Shown: positions 1-9,000 of the stretch, one piece after another
Layout of the letters: each line of letters begins with the position of its first letter
Numbering within the stretch: position 1 is the first letter of the stretch
Source of the DNA: an uncultured Candidatus Saccharibacteria bacterium
GTDB taxonomy: Bacteria; Patescibacteriota; Dojkabacteria; SC72
Direction: 5' to 3'
Length of the DNA stretch: 64,000 nucleotides
Assembly: GCA_964560525.1 (NCBI GenBank)
Contig: CAZLLO010000001.1
Coordinates: 6,656 to 70,655 of the forward strand
Position numbers and translations under genes: made by a program
The notes under the pieces: model-generated
What the model was told of the DNA's origin: nothing
Database searches by the model: none
What the model saw: the letters and a program-made list of their open reading frames with translations, nothing else

Positions 1-1639
1 CAAATCTCTTAAGAAGAAGCATCTTCATAAAGGTAAGCATATTTCTTTGTGAGATCTTCTCTCTTTCTGTTAACTCTCCAGTGTAATAAAGGAGTGGGAC
101 ATACCTACTATATTTAAAGTTCTCAATGAAAGAAATTGTCTTATTAAAGGCTTCATCCTCTTTAGAGTCAAACTGGTAAAAAATAGAATTGGGATCATGC
201 ACCTTTGGAAATTTAAGACCTTGTTTCTTTAAATCTTCACTGTAGTATTTCTCAATCTCTGTTCTAGTTCTCCTAACCATTAAATATTTCAAGATATTGT
301 TTCGAATGTCTTGTGCATTTTCCTTTACAATACTCATGTATTCATCATAGTTGTTTTTTCTGTCCAATTTTCTGATTCTAGAATTCAAACTACTAAAGTA
401 AGCTTCCAGATTCTGGACTCCTGGGATGTTACTTTTCCTACTATTTTGGAATAGTTTTATTTGTGCAAGTAAGTCTTTTGGCTGGTTATTAAATGGTGTA
501 GCACTAACTAAGATTACCTTCTTACTTCTACATATCTCTGATAGTCTTTCAAAAGATATTGTTGCTTCATTTCTAAAGTTGTGAGACTCATCAATAACAA
601 TGTTATCGTACTTATCTATCCCTCTTTCTAATATCCTTTCTAACATACCTACAGACTCACATTCATAACCTCTAACACCAAATTCCATCAACACATTGGC
701 CCATGAACCCGGGTTGTCCTTTGAGATTAGTGCAGGAGAGGCAATAACCAAGGTCTTCCCCCCAAGCGTATTGATTAACCTTGCAGCAATATATGTTTTC
801 CCTAAACCAACAACGTCCGATATAAACACTCCACCATACTCCTCTACAATCTTCTTAGCATTTACTACTGCCTGCTTCTGATACTCAAGCTCTAGATATC
901 CTTCAGGTGTGTAATCTTCTATTTCTGTATCTGCAGTAAGGTCTTCCTTAAAATACTCATACAGGAATTTAAGATATAACTGATATGGTGTAATCTCATT
1001 ATTAAGATGGGTTTTTTCACTTATTGTATCATTCAAATTCTGCGATATATCCATAGCTTCTTTCCAAAGTGCATTAAAATTGCCCAATGCATACTCGTAG
1101 TCCTTACTATTTTTTAACTCAACATTGAATTCCAAGTTGTCTTTAAGTCCTGATCTAGTGAGATTACTGGAGCCAGTGATAACCCTACCTGGATCTATCT
1201 GATTCTTATCAAATGTAAAAATATATAACTTAGCATGGAGGGGAGCCTTATCGTAAATCTTTATCTGTAATTTTCCACTCTTTAACCACTCAACAAATTT
1301 AAACATACCTTCCTCGACATCGGCATCATCTTCTGCTATTGCAACCTCATCAATATACTTCTTGCTAATACTTTCTTTAATCTTTTTGGCTGACTCAAAT
1401 TGTATTTCCAGATTCCCTTGTATAGCATCTACAACTTGTGATTCAGTATTAAGTCCAATTAGAATTCTTACCTTTTCTACTTTTTCTAGACTTTTGTATA
1501 TCTGATAGAAACCACTTATGTAGAAATAGCCAACAAGTATATCTAAATTTTCTGTTCTGGGTACTAATTCATTCAATCGCTCTGAGAGGGTATTACCTTT
1601 CTCATTAGTAATAAACTCAGTAATCTGGTTTCCTGACAT
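1..1639 (-). CDS. PLD-nuclease/SNF2-type helicase fusion (R-M/defence-associated), truncated by window edge
   Basis: Not in ORF track. Manual translation from ATG at 1639 (MSGNQITEFITNEKG...) shows PLD motif HAKLYIF...ITGSSNLT, Walker A DVVGLGKT, IDESHNFR and SATPFNN; frame is open to the edge (LLKRF). Confidence 0.88.
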   Translation of the reverse strand, partial: MSGNQITEFITNEKGNTLSERLNELVPRTENLDILVGYFYISGFYQIYKSLEKVEKVRILIGLNTESQVVDAIQGNLEIQFESAKKIKESISKKYIDEVAIAEDDADVEEGMFKFVEWLKSGKLQIKIYDKAPLHAKLYIFTFDKNQIDPGRVITGSSNLTRSGLKDNLEFNVELKNSKDYEYALGNFNALWKEAMDISQNLNDTISEKTHLNNEITPYQLYLKFLYEYFKEDLTADTEIEDYTPEGYLELEYQKQAVVNAKKIVEEYGGVFISDVVGLGKTYIAARLINTLGGKTLVIASPALISKDNPGSWANVLMEFGVRGYECESVGMLERILERGIDKYDNIVIDESHNFRNEATISFERLSEICRSKKVILVSATPFNNQPKDLLAQIKLFQNSRKSNIPGVQNLEAYFSSLNSRIRKLDRKNNYDEYMSIVKENAQDIRNNILKYLMVRRTRTEIEKYYSEDLKKQGLKFPKVHDPNSIFYQFDSKEDEAFNKTISFIENFKYSRYVPLLYYTGELTEREKISQRNMLTFMKMLLLKRF

Positions 1640-1746
1640 GAGTATCCTTGTTTAATTTAAATAGTAATGTTGACTACACTCTATAAAAACATCTTTATTC
1701 ATGTCATTTTACCTCCTTCTACTGTTTTTTACCACCCATATTATAT

Positions 1747-3300
1747 TTAGAACACTCTCCGGCTTCCTGGACCAAATACATTCTGCCTTGTCCAATAGTT
1801 AGGTTCGTAACTACTACTCCCATATCTAAAAAGATCCCCGACCTCTTTTGATAAGACTTGCACAGGCCTTCTATCCTCCTTTATGGCTACATGTAGTACG
1901 ATGGTAAATGCATCTACTAGGTCATCATGCTTCTCTACTCCAAAATATACTAACTGCTGTATTAATTTGTCTGCACCTTCTTTTGGAAACAATACTTTAC
2001 CCGATCTAATCATATACGTTACTGAGTCTAACCTAGCCCTCTTATCCTGTCCATTAACAGAAAAACCCTTTGCATCAAAACTACTTGTAACTAATTGCTG
2101 TATAACTGCTCTCTGATATCCAACATCTTCAATATATATCTTACATCTCCTATCAAACAACCCTGATTCTTTTGAAAGACTCTTTATTCGCTCTGTTGCA
2201 GAGGGAAAATCCAATCGTTCATTAACAGGAAACTTTTGAATATATACCTTCAGAGTCTTTTCATATCCAAATACATGCCCTACTACTAAAGCTGTATAGT
2301 CTGCATGATTACTTGAAGATATAGCTAGATCAACCCCTATTACAGAATATCTATACCCATCACTATCTACAGGCAATTCATCATAGTACTGTATCCACTC
2401 CTTGTGTACTATTTGGTCTTCATCAGCAATAATTTTAAGCATATACTCCCTTTGCCATGCTTTATCATCTCCATTCAGCTTTCTTTCAACACTTAAATCA
2501 TCAAGTGTTGGGTATCTACCTTTCCAAAGTATTTCATTCTTATCATTAATAACAGGATATTCCCTGTAAATTGTATTACTCGATTCCTTCTCAATATTCT
2601 TTCTAAGTCTCATTAGTAAAGAATCTTCATGCAAAAGATTTCCCACCATCACAATCTTAGTATTTTTCTCTCCAAGAGGAGCAATCTCCCCTGTGAACCA
2701 AGTATATGTCCTATCTCTTCCTTCTTTCGTCTTTGTAGAAGTTAAATCTTCAACATCATCACAGATAATTAAGTCTGGTCTGTATGCTCCATGCCTTAAA
2801 CCTCTAATACTCTGTTCACTTGAAGCTGCTATTATCTTTGCATTAAAGTTAGGAATTACTAAAGAGAAGGAGCCCCACTCATCTGATGTCTCCTGGAAGG
2901 GGCCTAAGTCTTTTCTAAGAAGCTCATTGTATTCCAACTCTCTCTTTATATTAGCTAGATGTATCTTAGCTTGTTGTTGTGTCTGAGAAAGAATCACTAC
3001 ACATTTCTTCTGTTGTTTTCCTATTATTGACCATATTGGATATGACATTGTCATAATGGTTGATTTAGCAGAACCCCTGAAAGCAACAATAACTGCCATC
3101 TTTAGATTCTCATCCTCTGTAATCCTAAACATTTCTCTTTGAAATGGTGCTGTTTTGTACCTGGTATATTGGCTAAAATATAGATGAAAGAATATATAAT
3201 GGCTTTCTTTAACAATCACTCTTCTTGCGACCTGATCTTCCAAAAGTTTGTTTATATCCTCGATTGTTATTTCAGTATTATTCTGTAATTGGTTGTCCAT
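1747..3300 (-). CDS. Phage terminase large subunit-like (ATPase + RNase H-like nuclease)
   Basis: Walker A AFRGSAKST, RGLRHG..RPDLIICDD Walker B, nuclease motifs IGVDLA, IEDVGYQ, HDDLVDA. Confidence 0.88.
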   Translation of the reverse strand: MDNQLQNNTEITIEDINKLLEDQVARRVIVKESHYIFFHLYFSQYTRYKTAPFQREMFRITEDENLKMAVIVAFRGSAKSTIMTMSYPIWSIIGKQQKKCVVILSQTQQQAKIHLANIKRELEYNELLRKDLGPFQETSDEWGSFSLVIPNFNAKIIAASSEQSIRGLRHGAYRPDLIICDDVEDLTSTKTKEGRDRTYTWFTGEIAPLGEKNTKIVMVGNLLHEDSLLMRLRKNIEKESSNTIYREYPVINDKNEILWKGRYPTLDDLSVERKLNGDDKAWQREYMLKIIADEDQIVHKEWIQYYDELPVDSDGYRYSVIGVDLAISSSNHADYTALVVGHVFGYEKTLKVYIQKFPVNERLDFPSATERIKSLSKESGLFDRRCKIYIEDVGYQRAVIQQLVTSSFDAKGFSVNGQDKRARLDSVTYMIRSGKVLFPKEGADKLIQQLVYFGVEKHDDLVDAFTIVLHVAIKEDRRPVQVLSKEVGDLFRYGSSSYEPNYWTRQNVFGPGSRRVF

Positions 3301-3685
3301 TTTCTTCCTCCTTTCTCTCTTCTGAGAATGCCATACTAAGAGATTTACGAATTAGTTCCTTTTGCTCATCCGTTAGAGGGAGATCCTTGTTAGTTGTAGT
3401 TACTTCAAGTTTAGGAGAGTAGTTCTTATGGTGATTCTTTAACCAGAATATTATTCCAGTTAAGTTTCCATCCCTTATGGCAGAGATCAATTGACTCTCT
3501 GCCATATCATTAATTAACTGAGCCCCTTCTTGTAGTGCAATCTCAGCATCTTCTGCAAACTTAGGATCTCTTTTCTTCCATCTATAGAATGTTGCTCTTG
3601 ATACTCCCATCTTTTCGCAAGTTACCTGTATGATTGGTGTTTTCTTAAGCTGTTCTACAATTGCTTTCTTATTTATTGTTTTCAT
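3278..3685 (-). CDS. Putative terminase small subunit / HTH protein
   Basis: HTH-like CEKMGVSRATFYRWKKRDPKF, then AESQL..AI..GNLTGIIFWLKN; overlaps the TerL start. Confidence 0.7.
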   Translation of the reverse strand: MKTINKKAIVEQLKKTPIIQVTCEKMGVSRATFYRWKKRDPKFAEDAEIALQEGAQLINDMAESQLISAIRDGNLTGIIFWLKNHHKNYSPKLEVTTTNKDLPLTDEQKELIRKSLSMAFSEERKEEENGQPITE

Positions 3686-5010
3686 TGTATTTTCTTTGCA
3701 CTTAATTTAGTTAGGTTTTCCCATCTATTCCTAATTACCTCTGCATAAACAGGAGATTTTTCCATTAAATAGCATCTTCTTTTCATCTTCTCACAAGCAA
3801 TTAATGTAGATCCGCTTCCGCCAAACGGTTCTACTACTAAATCATTTCTTTTTGTAAGGACTTTGACATAAGGAATGAGTATTTCTAACGGTTTTGTCCC
3901 AAAGATTATCCCCTGTCCAGAGCTTTTCTCATCAGAAGCTTTGTATTCTATGAAGTCAGTTGGCTGTATTTTCTTCCCTTTCTCATATCCTTCCCAATGG
4001 GGCTTCCCAGATATGGCATACAAAGCTGTCTGGTACTCATTCTGAAGCAATTCTTCCTCGGGAGGAGTATTCATGACTTCCTCTTTGTATGAGGAACCAA
4101 CCATTGCTATATCGTGTTTAGAAAAGAATTTGTATTTAGCAGAAAATCCTTGGTGTCTATTTGGTATATGCCAAACAATCATGTTTTTTACCTTCCAATA
4201 CTTCTCCATTTCTCCCCATATAGTCCTAATATTTTTCCAATTTTCATATACAATGATGTGGAAATCCTCCTTTGCTACTTCTGAAATATTTTTCATCCAT
4301 AGTTCTGTGAAGTTATCTGGTAATACATCTGTCTCAAGGTACTTTCTGTCTCTTTTGTATCCGAATCCTTCCGTTGGTTTACCGCTCTTTTTCTTCCCAT
4401 GAAGATAGTCCAAAATATACGGAGGGTCCGTATAAACCATATCTGCTTTTTCACCATTCATTAACTTGAGCATGTCTTCTTGTACTGTAGAGTCTCCACA
4501 CATCATCCTATTTTCTCCTAATTGCCATATATCTCCTTTTTGAATTTCAATCTTCTTAATGTCTAGCTTGTTAAGCTCTTTTTTGAGATCAAATACTTCT
4601 GGGCTATTATCTTCCCAATCAAAGATTAGATCCAATTCCTCTGAGTTGAAACCTGTATCTGTTAAGAATTCCTCTGCAAAGCCAGCGAGAAGTTTAAAGT
4701 CGAATTCTCCTTGATTTTTGTTTAATCTAAGGTTTAATTCCTTCTCCTTCTCAATATCTGGAATATTTACATATACAACAGGCATTTCTTTTATACCTAA
4801 GGCTTTCGCTGCCTCTATACGCATATGTCCACCAATGACAATGTTCTGTCTACTAGGAGCATTGTTAACTATTGCTGGATCTACAATACCAAATCTTTGG
4901 ATACTGGTTTTGAGATCATTTAAAGCTTTTTCATCCCATTTCCTTGGGTTGTAGTCAGCTTTGACTAAGGCGTCTATTTGAACATAGACTGTTTGAAGTT
5001 TGTTCTTCAT
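3682..5010 (-). CDS. ParB-like N-terminal domain fused to N6/N4 DNA methyltransferase
   Basis: ParB-like YNPR...IGGHMRIEAA; MTase DPPY motif and FGGSGST SAM-binding motif (beta-type order). Confidence 0.9.
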   Translation of the reverse strand: MKNKLQTVYVQIDALVKADYNPRKWDEKALNDLKTSIQRFGIVDPAIVNNAPSRQNIVIGGHMRIEAAKALGIKEMPVVYVNIPDIEKEKELNLRLNKNQGEFDFKLLAGFAEEFLTDTGFNSEELDLIFDWEDNSPEVFDLKKELNKLDIKKIEIQKGDIWQLGENRMMCGDSTVQEDMLKLMNGEKADMVYTDPPYILDYLHGKKKSGKPTEGFGYKRDRKYLETDVLPDNFTELWMKNISEVAKEDFHIIVYENWKNIRTIWGEMEKYWKVKNMIVWHIPNRHQGFSAKYKFFSKHDIAMVGSSYKEEVMNTPPEEELLQNEYQTALYAISGKPHWEGYEKGKKIQPTDFIEYKASDEKSSGQGIIFGTKPLEILIPYVKVLTKRNDLVVEPFGGSGSTLIACEKMKRRCYLMEKSPVYAEVIRNRWENLTKLSAKKIQ

Positions 5011-5026
5011 AACTTAAATAGTAAAA

Positions 5027-5074
5027 ATTTAGATATATATGCTTAAATAATGGTTATTCAAGCTATATCTAAAT
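5027..5074. repeat. 48-bp imperfect palindrome upstream of the ParB-methylase
   Basis: ATTTAGATATA(TAT)GCTTAAATAA-TGG-TTATTCAAGC-TATATCTAAAT; arms pair with one mismatch and a 3-nt bulge. Confidence 0.8.
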
Positions 5075-5105
5075 GATAAAACAATGATAGTTGTGTAAAG
5101 TTGGG

Positions 5106-5846
5106 TTACTTTCTTAAGAAGGATATATATGCAGGATTAACAGTGAACATTGTGTTGTTAGATATAAAGAAATCCTTGTATCCAATACCTTCTTCAATAG
5201 TATGGTTTAAGGCCCTATATTTCTCATACACTATGTGATACCAATCCTTACTTGCATCCGAGTAGTCTTCACCAATAGCTTTTACTAAATCTTCTAACTC
5301 CCAAGGCATCTTTTTACGACGCTTACCGCCGAACATAAACTTACACAAATCATACCTAGGAGTTCCCTTTTTTAATGCTAACGGGAAGCCATTTATCACT
5401 AAACGTGGTTTTTCTTCTTCAAAAACAACATTATTTGTTTCTAGGAACATGAATTGAGGTTTATTCTTTATTACTACTTTAATTGCTTCTGCAACTTCTT
5501 TTGTCACTTTAAATGATATTGTCTTAAATTTTGTAGCACCTTCCTGTATTGTATAAATCGTGTATATATCTTCTTCTGTAAGTGTACCCTCTTTTAAACC
5601 TTTCCTTATTTCTTTAGGAGAGATAGAAATCCTTAGGTTTAAGAAAAATTCATAGGTATCTGAGCTTAGGTAGATGGTTTTTTCAAAGAATTTTGCTATA
5701 CCCGAGGTAACTTCCAACATCTTATTGATAACCTTCTGTATAGGTTTCATCGTTTTATTAATAATCTCTATCTGTTGTTGGAAACTTCCAGAAGCTATCT
5801 CTATACTTTTCACTATATCTGCGATATCACCCATTTGTAGCAACAC
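5106..5846 (-). CDS. Hypothetical protein with probable C-terminal OmpR-like winged-helix domain
   Basis: C-terminal RLVING...RYDLCKFMF...WELEDLVKAIG...VYEKYRALN...FTVNPAY pattern resembles an OmpR-type wHTH; start uncertain (5846 or 5834). Confidence 0.5.
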   Translation of the reverse strand: MLLQMGDIADIVKSIEIASGSFQQQIEIINKTMKPIQKVINKMLEVTSGIAKFFEKTIYLSSDTYEFFLNLRISISPKEIRKGLKEGTLTEEDIYTIYTIQEGATKFKTISFKVTKEVAEAIKVVIKNKPQFMFLETNNVVFEEEKPRLVINGFPLALKKGTPRYDLCKFMFGGKRRKKMPWELEDLVKAIGEDYSDASKDWYHIVYEKYRALNHTIEEGIGYKDFFISNNTMFTVNPAYISFLRK

Positions 5847-5962
5847 CCCCTAAGTTAAACTATCATGTATTATAATATCTTTTACGTATTTATGGTGGGA
5901 AAAAAGAGATAATATACCAGAAGACCATTCTAATATGAAAACAGCGAACATATTAGCAACTC

Positions 5963-7558
5963 CTAGTCTACACCATTTTTCTTATCAAGGACTTTTTTTA
6001 TCTTTTCAATATCTCTGGCCACGATTGGTTCAAATACGTCTAAAATTGCCAATAAACTACTAACATTATTAATATTGCTAACCCGTGCCATCTCTAAATT
6101 CGAAAGTGCTTCTTTATTTTCGGGGTAGTGCTTATTTATAGCGTTGATCCTCAATTTCCTACTAAAGGTATAATTCCCTGGATGATTGGCATCCACTACA
6201 CCATATAAAAAATGAATTATCTTACTAGAGAGATACTGACATCTCTCAGTCAAGTCTTCTGGTCCTTTTTCCACAGTATCATCTTCACACCACTTTCTAA
6301 TCTCTTGCATCTCGGAAACTAAATCTTTATTTAGTAAATAAGTTAATTCTGATCCAGACTGAGGAAATTCCTCGTGTGGAAGCATCTTCCCATACAAAAG
6401 TATTCCATCAAAGGTACATATAAATCTATCCTTCTTATACTCTTCTCCTAAAAAGTCCGATATATTTATAACTTTCACATCATTTTTGATCTCCCGAAGG
6501 AGTTTAGCACTCTCTTTATCAATTTCTTTTGCCCCTTTTTCAAGTATTATATAGATATTAGTGTCTGAAACACCTTCCTCATGCTCCCCTCTAGCAAGAC
6601 TCCCAAGAAGATAGATAGATCGCAAATCATTGCCATAACGGCACTTACAAAGCTCTATCATGTCATTAATCCAATTCTTATGTGTAGCATCAATAGCATC
6701 AAAGTTTGTAAGATTAACTATTTTTAAAGTATTGGAAAATTGCAAATATTCGTTTATAACCTTCTTATCACCCTCCCCAACTAATGGATACCCTAGTTCG
6801 TTAATAAATAAAAGGGCTATGTCGTCAATATTTTTATATATTTCATCAAAGGTCTTTTCCAGTTGCTTTTGTGACACCGTTGAAAAATCTTCCAATGTCT
6901 TATCTCTCTTTTCTTGTAAAAGTTTTTCTCCTTCAGTTGTTAAAACTCCAGACATGCTTAATACAATCCGAAGTCCTTTAATTTCATTAAAATCTTGATT
7001 CTGATGAAGAGTACTCAAAAAATGATGATACCCCGTACGTTTTCTGAGACAAACTTGAATTCCAGACTGTCCAGAATGGTCATCTGCATCCCATTTTGAC
7101 ATTAGATCTTCCAGCTTCTTAGACTTAATAGCACTCAAATATTTCTTTAATTTTTGATCACTTGATCGAACCTTTTTCTTCAGATCCTCAATAGTAAATT
7201 CTTCTGAACTATCAATATCATTCTCCAAAAGATAGCTCATCTTAATCAATTTATCTTTGAGTTGATGTACTAAATCTAAAAAGTACCCTTGATAAAATAT
7301 TATTATATCCTCTTTACTCAAACCCTCAGCTTTTAAAAAAGACTCATCGTACTCATACTTCATAAGAGACCTTACTCTTTTAAGGTCTACCAGGACTCTT
7401 TTCACCTCATTCGCGTAGTCGAATCTTGATTGCAAGTAGCCTGTTGTAGCAGAGTCACAGTTTATAGCCAAACAATGAGGCTCACTAAGCTTCTGCTTAA
7501 AAACATCAATTAGAAGCCTGGTACACAAGTTATTTAGATTTGATTTTTCTATATCCAT
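5963..7558 (-). CDS. HEPN-like RNase domain fused to Pol-beta-type nucleotidyltransferase domain
   Basis: N-half is helical with RxxxxH (RTGYHH); C-half has SIYLLGSLARGE..EGVSDTN, an NTase GS motif with D-x-N. Confidence 0.65.
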   Translation of the reverse strand: MDIEKSNLNNLCTRLLIDVFKQKLSEPHCLAINCDSATTGYLQSRFDYANEVKRVLVDLKRVRSLMKYEYDESFLKAEGLSKEDIIIFYQGYFLDLVHQLKDKLIKMSYLLENDIDSSEEFTIEDLKKKVRSSDQKLKKYLSAIKSKKLEDLMSKWDADDHSGQSGIQVCLRKRTGYHHFLSTLHQNQDFNEIKGLRIVLSMSGVLTTEGEKLLQEKRDKTLEDFSTVSQKQLEKTFDEIYKNIDDIALLFINELGYPLVGEGDKKVINEYLQFSNTLKIVNLTNFDAIDATHKNWINDMIELCKCRYGNDLRSIYLLGSLARGEHEEGVSDTNIYIILEKGAKEIDKESAKLLREIKNDVKVINISDFLGEEYKKDRFICTFDGILLYGKMLPHEEFPQSGSELTYLLNKDLVSEMQEIRKWCEDDTVEKGPEDLTERCQYLSSKIIHFLYGVVDANHPGNYTFSRKLRINAINKHYPENKEALSNLEMARVSNINNVSSLLAILDVFEPIVARDIEKIKKVLDKKNGVD

Positions 7559-7632
7559 ATGTATTGATTATACTCTTTTTTAGGGTGTCTCTTTTGTCTC
7601 ATTTTTGATATCATCTAGTCGGGGAAATGGGG

Positions 7633-7663
7633 TCCAGACCCATATGTCCCGTATTATTTCTCT
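7633..7663 (+). repeat. Intergenic repeat family A, copy 1
   Basis: TCCAGACCCATATGTCCCGTATTATTTCTCT; 30/31 identical to the copy at 9535. Confidence 0.9.
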
Positions 7664-7682
7664 GCTCCATATTCTAAGGCTA

Positions 7683-8012
7683 AATACCTGGTCAACAGAA
7701 ATCTCAAAAGAAATTCATGTTTTACAGGATGATATCGTGATAACAAAGAACAGAGTAAGTGCTTTTTGTAATACCAATTTAGATTCCATATTAAAATTAA
7801 AAGAAAATGATATTGAAGATATTATGATTGCGGGTATTGCAACCGAGTTAGCAGTTTCAAGTACAGTTCGAGATGCGCATGATTTGGATTATGATGTTAC
7901 TGTAATTGAAGACTGTTGTGCTTCTGCAGATATTTCTAATCATAATGCTACGATGAAGATATTACAGAAGATAGCAAAGATAGAGAATTCTGCTACGGTA
8001 TTTGAAAAATAA
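7683..8012 (+). pseudogene. Isochorismatase/cysteine hydrolase family, 5'-truncated fragment
   Basis: KNRVSAFCNTNLDSIL..IMIAGIATELAVSSTVRDAHDLDYDVTVIEDCCA is the C-terminal half; the N-terminal half is missing and repeat A1 lies just upstream. Confidence 0.8.
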
Positions 8013-8024
8013 AGACATATAGAT

Positions 8025-8047
8025 TCCAGACCCATATGTTCCATATT
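8025..8047 (+). repeat. Intergenic repeat family A, copy 2
   Basis: TCCAGACCCATATGTTCCATATT; 22/23 identical to the copy at 9535. Confidence 0.88.
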
Positions 8048-8138
8048 GCTCCTCATATTAGTTTCGCTACCCTAATTCCTTTTATATACTACCCCATTAG
8101 AGAATGATTGCATTGTATGAAATTAATTACAAAAGATA

Positions 8139-8160
8139 TTCGGATACCATACCATATCCT
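8139..8160 (+). repeat. Intergenic repeat family B, copy 1
   Basis: TTCGGATACCATACCATATCCT; 21/22 identical to 8966-8987. Confidence 0.85.
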
Positions 8161-8250
8161 TCATTTTCAGCTTATCCGTATAAATGACAATATTGTAAAT
8201 AAGCAATAGCTATGGAATAATGGAGCTATTAATATAATTGTTATTCATTT

Positions 8251-8805
8251 ATGGATATAAGAAATTCTACATGTAAATGTTGGGTATGTGGCACAGAATA
8301 TAACATACAAGAAGTTCTTTCAACATTTAGTGGTTTAGATTCGGATTTCAAACCAAAGGAAAATATATGTCCTAATTGTGGAGCACCATATCGCCATAGC
8401 GCAACACCAAGTATAGGGATTGTAAGAGATTTGTATACCGCAATCTATTGGGTCCCAAGTAATGGAGAAGTCCCCAAATTGGAACACTTCGTAAATTCAG
8501 AAGAAGGAATTGAAGACTTAAAGAAACTGTTGTTAGCATACAAAGATGTATTAGCAGCTGTAGAAATTTTTGTAGATATGAACAAAACAGATATACAAAA
8601 TTCTTCCAATCCAGCACTTCCAAGTGGACCATACCTTCCTTCCCCCATAGAAGAAGAGGCCAGGTTAAAGACTGAGAAAGCTATGATTACAGAAATGACA
8701 AAAGATGAAGTAGCATTTAAAGAAAAGATTGAGAACTTAGTTTCTAAAACAAAGGAAAAACTTCTTACAGAAAAAGGTAAATATTATAAAGCTGATCTTC
8801 AATAA
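8251..8805 (+). CDS. Hypothetical protein with N-terminal zinc-ribbon
   Basis: CKCWVC...CPNCG; TATAAT at 8233-8238. Confidence 0.7.
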   Translation: MDIRNSTCKCWVCGTEYNIQEVLSTFSGLDSDFKPKENICPNCGAPYRHSATPSIGIVRDLYTAIYWVPSNGEVPKLEHFVNSEEGIEDLKKLLLAYKDVLAAVEIFVDMNKTDIQNSSNPALPSGPYLPSPIEEEARLKTEKAMITEMTKDEVAFKEKIENLVSKTKEKLLTEKGKYYKADLQ

Positions 8806-8965
8806 GTTATTCAAAAGTTTAGCTTTTGAGTGTACACATATTTAAGGACATATGTTAATTGGTATGCAGGTTGAAATTGAGATGATGATTGGAGGTTGTA
8901 CTGAAAATGAAACATTTAAGAGTCCATATAGTTATGAAAGATAGGTAGAATACTTGAATATTGAT

Positions 8966-8994
8966 TTCGGATACCATGCCATATCCTCCGTATT
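8966..8994 (+). repeat. Intergenic repeat family B, copy 2 (shares CCATATnnYCCGTATT core with family A)
   Basis: TTCGGATACCATGCCATATCCTCCGTATT. Confidence 0.85.
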
Positions 8995-9000
8995 TATTCC

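Noticed and set aside
1747-5846. Complete prophage
   Set aside because: No portal, capsid, tail, lysis or integrase genes in the window.
7605-7682. ORF-track N-terminus of the 135-aa isochorismatase ORF
   Set aside because: It reads through repeat A1 from a TTG and does not resemble the family's N-terminus; treated as a truncated pseudogene.
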